This document shows, one piece after another, positions 51,901 through 60,962 of a DNA stretch of 64,000 nucleotides. Numbering within the stretch: position 1 is the first letter of the stretch; every line of letters begins with the position of its first letter. This stretch comes from Oceanispirochaeta sp. (GTDB lineage: Bacteria; Spirochaetota; Spirochaetia; DSM-2461), in the NCBI GenBank assembly GCA_963666275.2, contig CAXXOA010000002.1, forward strand, positions 704,001 to 768,000, given 5' to 3'. The notes beneath the pieces are model-generated. The model worked only from the letters and a program-made list of their open reading frames with translations. It did no database searches and had not been told where the DNA came from. The position numbers and the translations under genes are program-made.

Positions 51901-53685
51901 ACCGGTGAAATTGTTATAGGCGTCAGAGAGGACAGCTGTTCGGAGAATACCTGTCATTATCATTTCTGGGTAAAAGATTCGGGGATCGGTATGACAGAGT
52001 CCCAGAAGGAAAAGCTCTTCAAAGAATTCTCCCAGGCGGACACCTCCACCACACGGAAGTACGGCGGAACAGGGCTCGGGCTGGCTATCTCAAAGAAAAT
52101 TGTCGAGCTGATGGATGGGGATATCTGGGTTGATTCCCGGGCGGGAGAGGGCAGCACCTTCCATTTCACTGTTACCATCGAGAAGCAGCAGGGAGCGGAA
52201 AAAAAGGATTACAGGGTAGAGGATCTTTCCCGGGCCAGGCTGCTAGTTGTGGACGATAATGCCACGGCACTCCTGATTCTGGAGGAGATGCTCAGCTCTC
52301 TGGGATTCTCTCTGGAATTATGCCGGAGCGCAGAGGAAGCGCTTTTGCAGCTGCGGAATCCCCCCGAATCGGGTTGGGATCTCGTCCTTATGGACTGGAA
52401 GATCCCCGGTAAAAGCGGTATAGAAATCTGCCGGGAGATATACGATGATCCCGAAGCTCCTCCTCTGCCGAAAGTTCTTCTCCTCACAGCCTACGGCAAA
52501 GATGATGCACAGATGTTCATTGAGGAGGTCCCTCAGATTGTGGATGTCCTTTCAAAACCTGTGATGCCCTCAATCCTTCTGGATTCCATCCTTTCCGCAC
52601 TCGGGAAGTCTGTTCTGAAAAAAAGCCGGAAGCGGGTGACTTCAGAAAATCTCAACAGCATCAAAAACAAGCTGAAAGGGGCCAGAATCCTTCTTGTGGA
52701 AGACAATGAAATCAATCAGGAAGTGGCGATCGAGCTCCTTGAGAGCGTGGGAATCTGGGTCTCTCTGGCAGAAAACGGTTTGGAAGCTCTGAACTCTCTG
52801 GACAACGAGGAATTTGACGGGGTCCTCATGGATTGTCAGCTTCCTGTGATGGATGGTTATACGGCTACGGCTAAAATCCGGGAACAGGACCGCTTCCGGG
52901 ATCTCCCGGTGATCGCCATGACGGCAAATGTCCTTTCGGGCGACAGAGAAAAAGCCCTGAAGGCGGGGATGAATGACCATATAGGAAAACCTGTGAATCC
53001 TTCCGAGCTCTTTACCATACTGGGAAACTGGATTACCCCTGCCCGGAAGAGGCTATCTGATATACCGGAGAAAGAACCGCAGACACGGAGTCCGGAACTT
53101 CCTGTCATTGCCGGCTTAAATACAGAAAACGGTCTTTCCATTGTGCAGAACAATAAAGAAGCCTATATAAGGATCCTTCTGAAGTTTCTGGATATGTACA
53201 GCCGTTTCAGAGATCTTTTTCAGGATGCGGTAAGTGATGAAGATCCCGATGCCCTTACCCGGCTCGCCCACTCATTGAAGGGCTCCGCCGGCAATATCGG
53301 TGCTGTGGAAGTCTTTAATGAAGCCTCGAAACTGGAAGCCGCGTGCAGAAAAAATGCCTCCTCCGAAGAGAGGGAAGACCTGCTGGAATCCCTTCTCTCC
53401 CGATTGGAGCCTCTGACGGAAAGTCTTGGTCTGTTCCGGGATTCTCTTGTTTCAGAGGAAAAGGAGGAAACTCCTGCAGCAGATCCCGGGGAAATCCGGG
53501 CCCTGATACAGGAAATTCAGGAACTCCTGGAAGAGGGGGATACCGAAGCACTTACCCTGATTCATAAGCTGGCTGAAGGGATAGGAAAGAAGCAGTACGA
53601 GCCGGATTTTAAACAGCTTGTAAAGGCAGTGGAAGGGTACAGCTTCAGGGAAGCCCTGGAGAAGCTTAAAAGCCTTCGCTTCTAG
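48910..53685 (+). CDS. Hybrid sensor histidine kinase (CHASE4-like, HAMP, 4 PAS, HisKA, HATPase, 2 REC, Hpt)
   Basis: DYATWDDTW, DEIGEL, FLANMSHEIRTPMN, GGTGLGL, two REC domains, AHSLKGSAGNIGA. Confidence 0.93.
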   Translation: MKLRRVFLVGLVASMVIFITGQYFIIYSILRKGFEERESLELRMDLERASELIASHIVQIDLMLKDYATWDDTWEFADDLNAEYREENLDLEYFSGISLISLFFLDNQNRIIYSDALDIPELSSGVIKDKVAAVTDLDFPLVDESFGTEGGLFALGDSELGIAVRRPVLKNSGEGPQRGWMIFVSLLGRDQLNAYEKLLGYSLNIRGLRPGDEMKSSDRGILLERERNSITGSIPISGLSGTPVALASVQKSRDFYFYELSLLRKFYSRVILFLAVIGFLVYYFLSRNIFYRIESFLNQVRSITSRGNSAERTTLKGNDEIGELSVTVNAMLDSIENTVSTVREKEKLESILETSPIGVGIFVGEEGKYVNSAMRGLGIHLGINERSLFFYPEQQKEFMDILRKNGFCRNFEAKYITPSGIRDVLVSAYTLEYEGEQAVVGWHVDITSRKAIEDELALSKQKYQHLIEELGSYFMIYSHQVDGELLFISEGIYAMTGKTREEVLGQSWQDIFDWQPGAVETANENFRSFMEGSCDFRQFEMDFRHPDGTIRTIRNSAHPLRDEEGEIISFDGLVEDITDQKKMERELEQSRLKYQHLVEELGSSFLIYSHALDGTFLFGSEGFKSIFGMDPEEILGQKWMFFINWLPGAIEAAQESIEGFVSNQSNNFHQFEMDFIHPDGSERTILVSNHPVRNKDGSILSVDGIVEDITDKKIIEKELEENRFKYQRLLEDLGSKFLIYSHTLEGEYLFASQGFKSIFDLDQDQLKGRNWADSIDWLPESIEKANQTVQYFQEDPEHNFAQFEMTFIHSDGSERTVLISNHPVRDEKGNILSIDGLAEDITERKKVEKELAQAKEAAEEAARVKAEFLANMSHEIRTPMNAIIGLTHLAKQTDLNEKQYGYISKVSRSAENLLGIINDILDFSKIEAGKIELEHISFYLEDVFDHISNILGLKVEESNLELMFDVPGEIDTALIGDPLRLGQVLLNLGSNAVKFTETGEIVIGVREDSCSENTCHYHFWVKDSGIGMTESQKEKLFKEFSQADTSTTRKYGGTGLGLAISKKIVELMDGDIWVDSRAGEGSTFHFTVTIEKQQGAEKKDYRVEDLSRARLLVVDDNATALLILEEMLSSLGFSLELCRSAEEALLQLRNPPESGWDLVLMDWKIPGKSGIEICREIYDDPEAPPLPKVLLLTAYGKDDAQMFIEEVPQIVDVLSKPVMPSILLDSILSALGKSVLKKSRKRVTSENLNSIKNKLKGARILLVEDNEINQEVAIELLESVGIWVSLAENGLEALNSLDNEEFDGVLMDCQLPVMDGYTATAKIREQDRFRDLPVIAMTANVLSGDREKALKAGMNDHIGKPVNPSELFTILGNWITPARKRLSDIPEKEPQTRSPELPVIAGLNTENGLSIVQNNKEAYIRILLKFLDMYSRFRDLFQDAVSDEDPDALTRLAHSLKGSAGNIGAVEVFNEASKLEAACRKNASSEEREDLLESLLSRLEPLTESLGLFRDSLVSEEKEETPAADPGEIRALIQEIQELLEEGDTEALTLIHKLAEGIGKKQYEPDFKQLVKAVEGYSFREALEKLKSLRF
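50293..51450 (+). repeat. Three tandem intragenic PAS repeats
   Basis: KYQ(H/R)L.E.LGS.F.IYSH..G unit starting at 50293, 50686, 51082 (spacing 393 and 396 nt). Confidence 0.85.
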
Positions 53686-53783
53686 GCGGTTTTCAGCTAA
53701 CAGAAAGAGATCTCCGGTCTCATAAAATCTTTTAAATTTCATAACTCAATTGTTCGCAGATTGATCAACTCCCGGGAATCTGG

Positions 53784-53808
53784 TATTTGTTGAGTAGTCA
53801 ACTAAATA
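53784..53808. promoter_or_regulatory. Putative MarR operator
   Basis: Near-palindrome GTTGAGTAGTCAAC just upstream of marR. Confidence 0.6.
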
Positions 53809-53829
53809 CGTCTTCAGGAGAAACAGTCA

Positions 53830-54279
53830 GTGAGAAATCGGGACAGAATGAGCATCGGGAAATGGATTTCTGCTCTTTACAGGGAGTTTCAGATCTATAT
53901 CAACAATGAGATGAAAGAGCTGGGGATCTGTTCTTCCGAGTATATCTATCTTGTAACCCTGGGCGAAAAAGAGGGTGTTAATATGAAAACCCTCAGTGAT
54001 GAACTGATGATAGACCGGGCGGAAACTTCCCGGATTATGAAGAAGCTGGAGCAGAAGGGACTTGTGGTCAGGGAACCCTGCGTCTCTGATAAACGGGCCG
54101 TGATTGTCCGGCTGACAGACCGGGGAAGGGAGCTGCAGCCTCTGATTCTGGAAAAACTGGATGTCTGGACAGATCTTCTTTCCTATGGAATGTGTGAAAA
54201 GGAGACAGAAGGTTTTATTGACCGCCTGGAAGGGATGTATTCCAGATGTAAAAATTATTTAAAAAAGGAAATGCCATGA
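53830..54279 (+). CDS. MarR-family regulator
   Basis: DRAETSRIMKKLEQKGLV...DKRAVIVRLT. Confidence 0.9.
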   Translation: MRNRDRMSIGKWISALYREFQIYINNEMKELGICSSEYIYLVTLGEKEGVNMKTLSDELMIDRAETSRIMKKLEQKGLVVREPCVSDKRAVIVRLTDRGRELQPLILEKLDVWTDLLSYGMCEKETEGFIDRLEGMYSRCKNYLKKEMP

Positions 54280-55121
54280 TAAACAATTATATAGCAGATC
54301 GTTCCTATGCCATTGTTTCCGGATTTCTCGGAGAGACTGTGGCCTCAGAGATGGGTGTCACCTCCCGGATCGATGACATCATTGTCATCAATTTTCCCAA
54401 GGGGAATCTTTTCGGTCAGGGTCAGAATGTCTCTGTGTACCTGGATAACAGAACAGGAGTTGAGCAGGTCGATGCCAACCTGAATGTCTACAGGGTTGCC
54501 GTCAAGGGATATGTGGAAAGTGCTACAGCCGGTATTATGGTTGTTAAACCTGAATTTTATGAGCTCTTTTACGGAAACAGTATCATCGAAAGGTTCAGCA
54601 TTCCCGGATATGAACATTCTCTTGACCGCAGAGAGATCCTGGCCATCCCGGAAAGTCCTCTGCTGGAGAGTGATTTCTCCGGAGATTTTGTCATTGATAA
54701 TAACAAGGTGGGGGTCTTTATTACCAAGGCTTCCGAAAGACCTCACTCGACAGTCATGGCCTATCTGTCCAATCAGAGAGATGATATATTCCTCATTTCC
54801 CACAGGGGATCATTCAAATCGGAGAATATTCTCCGGGACAGAGAGTGCGCCTTCGCGATTGATCACAGGGCGGAGATCACTTTTGAAAGGGCCGTATTCT
54901 GGAACTATACGATTATCCGGGGGCTCATTTACAGAATCTCTGAAAACAACTCCCTGTTTCCTGTTATTCAGGCCGCTTTTGTAGAGAAGAATCCCTGGGA
55001 ACAGGTGTTTTTCACCCATGAAAACATTGAGATGTTTCATATCCAGCCTCAGGAGATCATCTGTCCGGAAAAATATTTTCATTTTATACAGTCAGAGGCT
55101 CAGAAGGCTCTCCAGGTTTAG
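54276..55121 (+). CDS. Pyridoxamine 5'-phosphate oxidase-like (split-barrel) protein
   Basis: C-terminal PHSTVMAY...IFLISHRGSFKSENI...AFAID; N-terminal half unassigned. Confidence 0.6.
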   Translation: MINNYIADRSYAIVSGFLGETVASEMGVTSRIDDIIVINFPKGNLFGQGQNVSVYLDNRTGVEQVDANLNVYRVAVKGYVESATAGIMVVKPEFYELFYGNSIIERFSIPGYEHSLDRREILAIPESPLLESDFSGDFVIDNNKVGVFITKASERPHSTVMAYLSNQRDDIFLISHRGSFKSENILRDRECAFAIDHRAEITFERAVFWNYTIIRGLIYRISENNSLFPVIQAAFVEKNPWEQVFFTHENIEMFHIQPQEIICPEKYFHFIQSEAQKALQV

Positions 55122-55213
55122 AAAACAGGTCTGACTCTCCCTCTATGAGGTTTGCCGGTTTTCCTTTACAATTCAGAAAAAGGTCCATTTCACTGTTTGT
55201 TCAAAGGAAGTCT

Positions 55214-56365
55214 ATGTCTGAAAAGCAGAGGCAGTTTGCCCTCCTGTTCCTGATGAATTTTTTCATTTTTCTGGGTATCAACTCTATGAATATCCTGCCT
55301 GCCTATCTGGCCACTCTGGGCGCCGGGAACGGTCTGATCGGAATGTTCACTACCATTCCTACCATGACCCTGGTACTCATCGTCGGGATTCAGCTTTTCC
55401 GGGGACAGACCTACAATAAGCTCCGGCTTCTGCGTCTGGGGTTCATTACCACCTTCATCGGAACTGCGGGATTAATTCTCTTTCACAGCAATCTTCTTGT
55501 GATGTTTCTTTTCTACATGCTCACGGGAATCAACTATGGGGCGGGTTTTACCAATCTTTTTTCAATGATGTACGACATCACTCCCGAAGATAAAAGACGC
55601 TCCTATGCCGCACTGTTCGGTATTTCCGGGCTGATGACTTCCGGGCTGGCATCCATCATGGCCCAGGGGATCTATATTTACATTGCTCCCCATATGATCT
55701 TTATGGTCCCTCTGGTTTTTTCGGTGCTTGTGATTCTGCTTTCCTACAGCCTGAAGAAGGAGTGCTACACCCTGGTGGAAGAAGAGAATTTCACCTTTTC
55801 CGGACTGGCGCTCAAGCCGGGAATCGGAGTTCTGATTTTTCAGACTCTGGCTTTCGGCGGCGGCTACGGCATTTTCAAGACTTTTATTCCCCTCTTTACG
55901 GAGCAGAGGCTGGGGATTGTGGATATCACAAGGTTCTTCGGTTTCTTCACCCTGGTCGGTGTGGCATATCGTCTTGTTTTTTCCCGCTTTCTGGATAGAA
56001 TTCCCCGGAGGCTGATTATGGCGATCGGGTTCTTTGTGATGGTCCTCACAATCCTCTATCTGAACTGGATGACAAAACCCGCCCAGCTTTATTATCTGGG
56101 GGCATTCTACGGTATGGCCCACTCTCTGCTCTTCCCCACTCTGAGTGCCGAGTTTGTCAGGATCGGGAATGAAAACAGGGCGGCCTACAGTAATATCTTT
56201 ATTGCTCTCTTTACCATCGGGATTACCGCCTCCTCCTGTTTTCTGGGAATCCTGGCGGACTTTTTAGGGCTTCAGGCCATCCCCTATGCGATCACTGCTG
56301 TTCTTATGGCGGCACTGTTAAGTCTGTTTCACCGTCCGGCAGAGAGGTCTGAAGAAGCGGCCTGA
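55214..56365 (+). CDS. MFS transporter
   Basis: About 12 TM segments, SRFLDRIPRR, GMAHSLLFP; ATG 55214 after AAGGAAG. Confidence 0.87.
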   Translation: MSEKQRQFALLFLMNFFIFLGINSMNILPAYLATLGAGNGLIGMFTTIPTMTLVLIVGIQLFRGQTYNKLRLLRLGFITTFIGTAGLILFHSNLLVMFLFYMLTGINYGAGFTNLFSMMYDITPEDKRRSYAALFGISGLMTSGLASIMAQGIYIYIAPHMIFMVPLVFSVLVILLSYSLKKECYTLVEEENFTFSGLALKPGIGVLIFQTLAFGGGYGIFKTFIPLFTEQRLGIVDITRFFGFFTLVGVAYRLVFSRFLDRIPRRLIMAIGFFVMVLTILYLNWMTKPAQLYYLGAFYGMAHSLLFPTLSAEFVRIGNENRAAYSNIFIALFTIGITASSCFLGILADFLGLQAIPYAITAVLMAALLSLFHRPAERSEEAA

Positions 56366-56404
56366 ACAGGGGGGAGGAGGAAATCTCCTTTCTGCATTCC
56401 GGGG

Positions 56405-56971
56405 TCAGGATTTTCCGGATCCGGAAAAAAAGATTTTCAGGGCGATAGAGTAAAAAAAACCGCCTTTGCCATACCGTGCGAAGGAAGGATAGTACTCGGC
56501 ATTGCTCAGGATCCAGTTGTATCCCGTACCGAGGTCCAGCATCAGGGCGGGATGAAAATAGTATTTCCATCCCAGGAGAGAATCCAAATAGATGATGGTG
56601 TCTCCTGTCTGGTCCGGGACTGTGCCGCTGCCGAAGTAGTTCAGGAAATCCGTTGCCATTCCCATGCCGAAATAGAGGTCTCTCAGGTCTGAATTGAGGA
56701 AGTAATAGTTTGACATTATTGATATGTTGACTGTTGTACAATAAAGATCATCCACATTGGTTTTAAATGTCATATGTCCGAAACCGTATTTCAGGGCCAT
56801 ATGATCCCGGAGGATATGTTCAAAACCTGTTCCCAGTCCCCATCCGTTATTTTCCAGACCAATCCTGGTATAACCAAGATCCAGTGAGAAAATCCGATTA
56901 ATCGCATCCTCCTGTCCGGAGAGGTTTGCTGTTATGAGAAGCATGAGGATAAAGAGTATTCTTCTGTTCAT
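56405..56971 (-). CDS. Secreted small beta-barrel-like protein
   Basis: Signal peptide; alternating Gly/aromatic strands (GWGLGTGFEH, LLGWKYYF, LDLGTGY). Confidence 0.6.
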   Translation of the reverse strand: MNRRILFILMLLITANLSGQEDAINRIFSLDLGYTRIGLENNGWGLGTGFEHILRDHMALKYGFGHMTFKTNVDDLYCTTVNISIMSNYYFLNSDLRDLYFGMGMATDFLNYFGSGTVPDQTGDTIIYLDSLLGWKYYFHPALMLDLGTGYNWILSNAEYYPSFARYGKGGFFYSIALKIFFSGSGKS

Positions 56972-57235
56972 ATTGTTCTTTCAATATGAAAGAACAGCAT
57001 GCCGGGAGTCAATTCCCGGAGCACATTTTTTAGAAGGCAATCTGTCCTTTCTTTTCTTTTCAGGAGGGATTGGGGGATTTATATAGCCCCATGATTTTGA
57101 CGCACTTTGAGAATTAAGGTAGTATGGGCGGCATTACAAATTTACATGGGTGTATGTATTCCATAGAGATTTTCCAATGATCCTTATCTGTACCTTCGGA
57201 TTAGGGATACCCATATATTCAGGTCGAGTCATAGA

Positions 57236-59554
57236 ATGAATAAATATATAACTCTGGAAAAAGCATTCCTCAAACGGATCCTCCCCATCTTTATTATCTC
57301 AACTTTTCTTAGTATTTTTCTTTCCCAGTACAGGCAGATGACATCCCAGTATGCGTCCCTGGACCATGCAATGGATGTTGAGCTGAAAAGGCTGGTTTTT
57401 GAGGTGACAACCCCCCTCTGGAATCTGAATTATGAACAGCTGGATGACATAGCGGAAATTATACTTATGAACAGGAACGCTGCGGGGATCAGTATCCTGA
57501 ATGAAGCCGGAGAATCCATTGCCTCTTCAGGGTATTACAGGGAATTTTCCCGGGCGGAGCTGGAAAAACTGAAATCCACAGGGGGCAACAGTCATTTTCA
57601 GCCGCATTTTTTTGAGGCCATTATGGATTTCCTCTTCCACAGCAGCAAGTTCGAAAGGGTCTTAGTCAAATCTTCTGATGTTTATTTCACCATGGATAAT
57701 GAGAGTGTTCTGATCGGGAATGTGTATCTTATTTTTTCGGATCAGTACATTACATCCGGTATCCGCAGGGATTTTTTCCGTTTTTTCCTCATCGGAGTTG
57801 CATTGCTTCTTATATTCAGCTCTATCATTTTTATCACCTATCATGGCATTGTCACATCGCCATTGCGGGATCTTCAGCAATCGATCATTGATGCTACAGG
57901 AAGTTCCGGATCCTTTCAGTCGCCTCCTGTCACAACGACCAACGAGATTGAACATATCAGAATTGTATTTAAGGAATTATGGAGGAACCAGTCTCTTATT
58001 GCCGGAGAACTGGAAGAGAGCAAGAACTTCTATCATCAGCTTCTGGAGTCGCTGCCCCTTGGTGTGGTCCTTACAGATAATGCGGGAACAATCCTCTTTC
58101 ATAATGAAGCCCTTGCCGGGATAGTAGGATACTCTGCCGAGGAGATCCGTACGATGACTCTCTGGGATCTGCTGCCGGACAGATATCATCATATACAGCA
58201 GGGGATCCGCAGCTCCCGAGAAATTCCGATCCCCTATACTACCCAGGAACAGTTCCTGGTTGATAAAGATGGAAGGCAGATCCCCGTCTCTGTGAATAGA
58301 AGTATTATTCAGAGAAATGAAGAAATCCTCTATTGGTCCTGTGTTGAAAATATTACAAAAAGAGTCGAATCGGAGAGAGAGAAAAAAGAGCTTCAGAAGC
58401 AGGTTTCCCAAAGGAACAAAGTGGAAATGCTGGGGCAGCTGGCCGGGGGGATCGCCCATGATTTCAACAACCTGCTGACACCTATCATCGGGTATGTGGA
58501 GATTGTTCTGACCAGCATCGAGAAGGATGGGAAAGTCTACAAATATCTGGAAAGTGTTCTGGCTGCTTCCAGGAGAGCCGGAGAGCTTGTGAAACAGATC
58601 CTGGCTTTCAGCCACAACCACGAACTGGATCTGAAACCTCTGGATGTGAATATCATCATCAATGATGTGCTTGAACTCTTTCGTGCCTCCCTTCCCAGTT
58701 CCATTGACCTGATACCGGATCTCAGTCCTGACTGCGGCCTCATAAAAGCGAATCCGACCCATATCCATCAGATTGTCATGAATCTTTGCACCAACGCCTA
58801 TCATGCATTGGAAGGGTTTCAAGCCGGTTCAATCACAGTGAGTTTTAAAAGAGCAGAACTTTATGCCGGAGATCTGCCGGCTATTGCGCATTCATCCGGT
58901 TCCTTCGTCTGTCTTAGCGTGCAGGATACGGGACGGGGAATGGATAAAGAGCTTCTGGATAGAATCTTCGAGCCCTACTTTACAACAAAGGAAAAAAAGA
59001 AAGGGACCGGTCTGGGACTGGCCATTACCGATAAAATCATTAAAGACTACGGCGGTTGTATTGTTGTTGAAAGTGAAAAAGGGAAAGGGTCTCTTTTCAG
59101 AATCTATCTTCCTCTGGTAATTGAAGATCCTGAAACGGGCGCAGAGGAAGTGAACCTGTCCCCATTGTCTTCAGGAGAAGAACATATTCTTGTTATTGAT
59201 GATGAGGCTCCTGTGGGAGAGATGACCAGGGAAATACTCCAGTTCCTGGGATATAAAGTGACTTTAAAAACAGAAAGTCCGGCAGGGCTGGATTACTTTG
59301 AAAAGAACTCTCATTCAATTGATCTTGTTATTACAGATATGACCATGCCGGATCTGACTGGAGATAGACTCGCCGGAAAAATGATGGAAATTAATGATTC
59401 TGTTCCGATTATTATAATGACAGGTTTCAGTGAAAATTTTACAGAAAAACAGGCTGAAAAAATGGGCATCAAAGCCTATCTTTCCAAGCCTGTGTCAATG
59501 AAAACCCTCTCAGAGGCCGTAAAAAGGGTTCTTGAAAGAAAGTCGGTAGAATGA
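57236..59554 (+). CDS. Membrane hybrid histidine kinase (PAS-HisKA-HATPase-REC, CckA-type)
   Basis: LAGGIAHDFNNLL, MNLCTNA, FEPYFTTK, GTGLGL, ITDMTMP. Confidence 0.92.
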   Translation: MNKYITLEKAFLKRILPIFIISTFLSIFLSQYRQMTSQYASLDHAMDVELKRLVFEVTTPLWNLNYEQLDDIAEIILMNRNAAGISILNEAGESIASSGYYREFSRAELEKLKSTGGNSHFQPHFFEAIMDFLFHSSKFERVLVKSSDVYFTMDNESVLIGNVYLIFSDQYITSGIRRDFFRFFLIGVALLLIFSSIIFITYHGIVTSPLRDLQQSIIDATGSSGSFQSPPVTTTNEIEHIRIVFKELWRNQSLIAGELEESKNFYHQLLESLPLGVVLTDNAGTILFHNEALAGIVGYSAEEIRTMTLWDLLPDRYHHIQQGIRSSREIPIPYTTQEQFLVDKDGRQIPVSVNRSIIQRNEEILYWSCVENITKRVESEREKKELQKQVSQRNKVEMLGQLAGGIAHDFNNLLTPIIGYVEIVLTSIEKDGKVYKYLESVLAASRRAGELVKQILAFSHNHELDLKPLDVNIIINDVLELFRASLPSSIDLIPDLSPDCGLIKANPTHIHQIVMNLCTNAYHALEGFQAGSITVSFKRAELYAGDLPAIAHSSGSFVCLSVQDTGRGMDKELLDRIFEPYFTTKEKKKGTGLGLAITDKIIKDYGGCIVVESEKGKGSLFRIYLPLVIEDPETGAEEVNLSPLSSGEEHILVIDDEAPVGEMTREILQFLGYKVTLKTESPAGLDYFEKNSHSIDLVITDMTMPDLTGDRLAGKMMEINDSVPIIIMTGFSENFTEKQAEKMGIKAYLSKPVSMKTLSEAVKRVLERKSVE

Positions 59555-59593
59555 CAGACTCCAGATCGTATAGTATAGAAATTGAGGTTATGA

Positions 59594-60130
59594 GTGAAAC
59601 AGAAACAGGATATTAAGGTTCTTTGTGCCTGGTGCAATTCTCTGATTAATGAAGGAGTTACCATGGACGGCCAGGTCTCCCATGGAATCTGTCCGGATTG
59701 TCATTCCGCTTTTTTATCGGATAAACCGCAGACTCTGAAGGGATTCCTTGATCAGCTGGAAACTCCTGTCCTTGTGGTTGAAGACTCAAGCAGGATTCTG
59801 TTCGCCAATAATCCTGCAGTCCATCTCTTTGATAAAACGTCAGAAGAGATCCATGGCGAACTGGGCGGAGACCTCATGGAATGTGAAAATTCCAGAAAAC
59901 CCGGAGGCTGCGGGAACACTCTTCATTGCAAAGCCTGCGCCATAAGAAGATCTGTGAAATATTCCTCTTCAACGGGAGAGGCTCTATACAATGTTCCTGT
60001 TCGGGTCGCTGTTGAACCTTCCAGAGGTGTTCAGAATATTAGAAGCCGTATTTCTACAATCCCCAGGAAAAATGAGAAGGGTGAATCTGTTGTTTTCCTT
60101 ACAATCCGGGATTATGAAAGGGTTGACTAG
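59594..60130 (+). CDS. Cys-rich PAS-like protein with N-terminal CAWC...HGICPDC motif
   Basis: CAWC, SHGICPDC, PAS-like ILFANNPA, C-x7-CG-x4-C-x2-C. Confidence 0.65.
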   Translation: MKQKQDIKVLCAWCNSLINEGVTMDGQVSHGICPDCHSAFLSDKPQTLKGFLDQLETPVLVVEDSSRILFANNPAVHLFDKTSEEIHGELGGDLMECENSRKPGGCGNTLHCKACAIRRSVKYSSSTGEALYNVPVRVAVEPSRGVQNIRSRISTIPRKNEKGESVVFLTIRDYERVD

Positions 60131-60187
60131 ATTTTATACAGACTGTTCCTTCTGCAAAGACACAGAAAGCCGGGAGAGGTTGATTCC

Positions 60188-60895
60188 ATGAAGAAAAGAC
60201 TATTCATTATGCTTCTGATTTGCTCAGGTGCTGTTTCTGCCGAAACTGTTTCCCTGAATACTGCCGATTCCGCTCCCTACAGTACAATGGACAGTACCGG
60301 TTTCTATGATGTCCTTCTGGAGGATGTTTTCAGCCGTTTGGGGTTGGGGGTCCATATCAATCACTATCCTTCTGAACGCTCCATTCAATGGGCGGACGAG
60401 GGGCATGATGATGGAGAGTTTGCCAGGATTTCAGGGTTATCCGATACGTTCGATAATCTTTTGGAAGTCCGGGAGCCTCTGGTCTCATTTCAGTTTGTGG
60501 CAGTTAAAAGAGCGGAGGATTCCTTCAGGATCAACGGATGGGAAGATCTGAAAAATTTGAGAATCGGATTCCTGAATGGCTGGAAAATCTATGAAATGCA
60601 GCTGGGATCCTATCCTGAAGTCACCCGATACGACAATGTCGAGAGCATGGTGAATGTTCTACTTGCAGGAAGAGTGGATGTTATTCTGTATTCTGAATTG
60701 AGAATGAACAATTACATCAGGAAAAATAAGGTGGAGGGGATTGAGATCATTCATCCCCCCTTAACCGTCCGGACAATGCATCTGTATCTGCATGAGGATC
60801 ATGCTGCTCTGGTCGATAAAGTGAATGAACAGCTCCGGGAAATCAAATCTTCCGGCCTCTATGAAGAGTACTATAAAAAATATCTGATGCAGTAA
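60188..60895 (+). CDS. Periplasmic substrate-binding protein, family 3-like
   Basis: Signal peptide, APY, WEDLKNLRIG, LLAGRVD. Confidence 0.82.
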   Translation: MKKRLFIMLLICSGAVSAETVSLNTADSAPYSTMDSTGFYDVLLEDVFSRLGLGVHINHYPSERSIQWADEGHDDGEFARISGLSDTFDNLLEVREPLVSFQFVAVKRAEDSFRINGWEDLKNLRIGFLNGWKIYEMQLGSYPEVTRYDNVESMVNVLLAGRVDVILYSELRMNNYIRKNKVEGIEIIHPPLTVRTMHLYLHEDHAALVDKVNEQLREIKSSGLYEEYYKKYLMQ

Positions 60896-60962
60896 AAAAA
60901 GGATCCCCCCGGGGAGAGGGAATCCCTGTTTCTGCAGCATCACTGCTGAAGCGGATGAGAGT

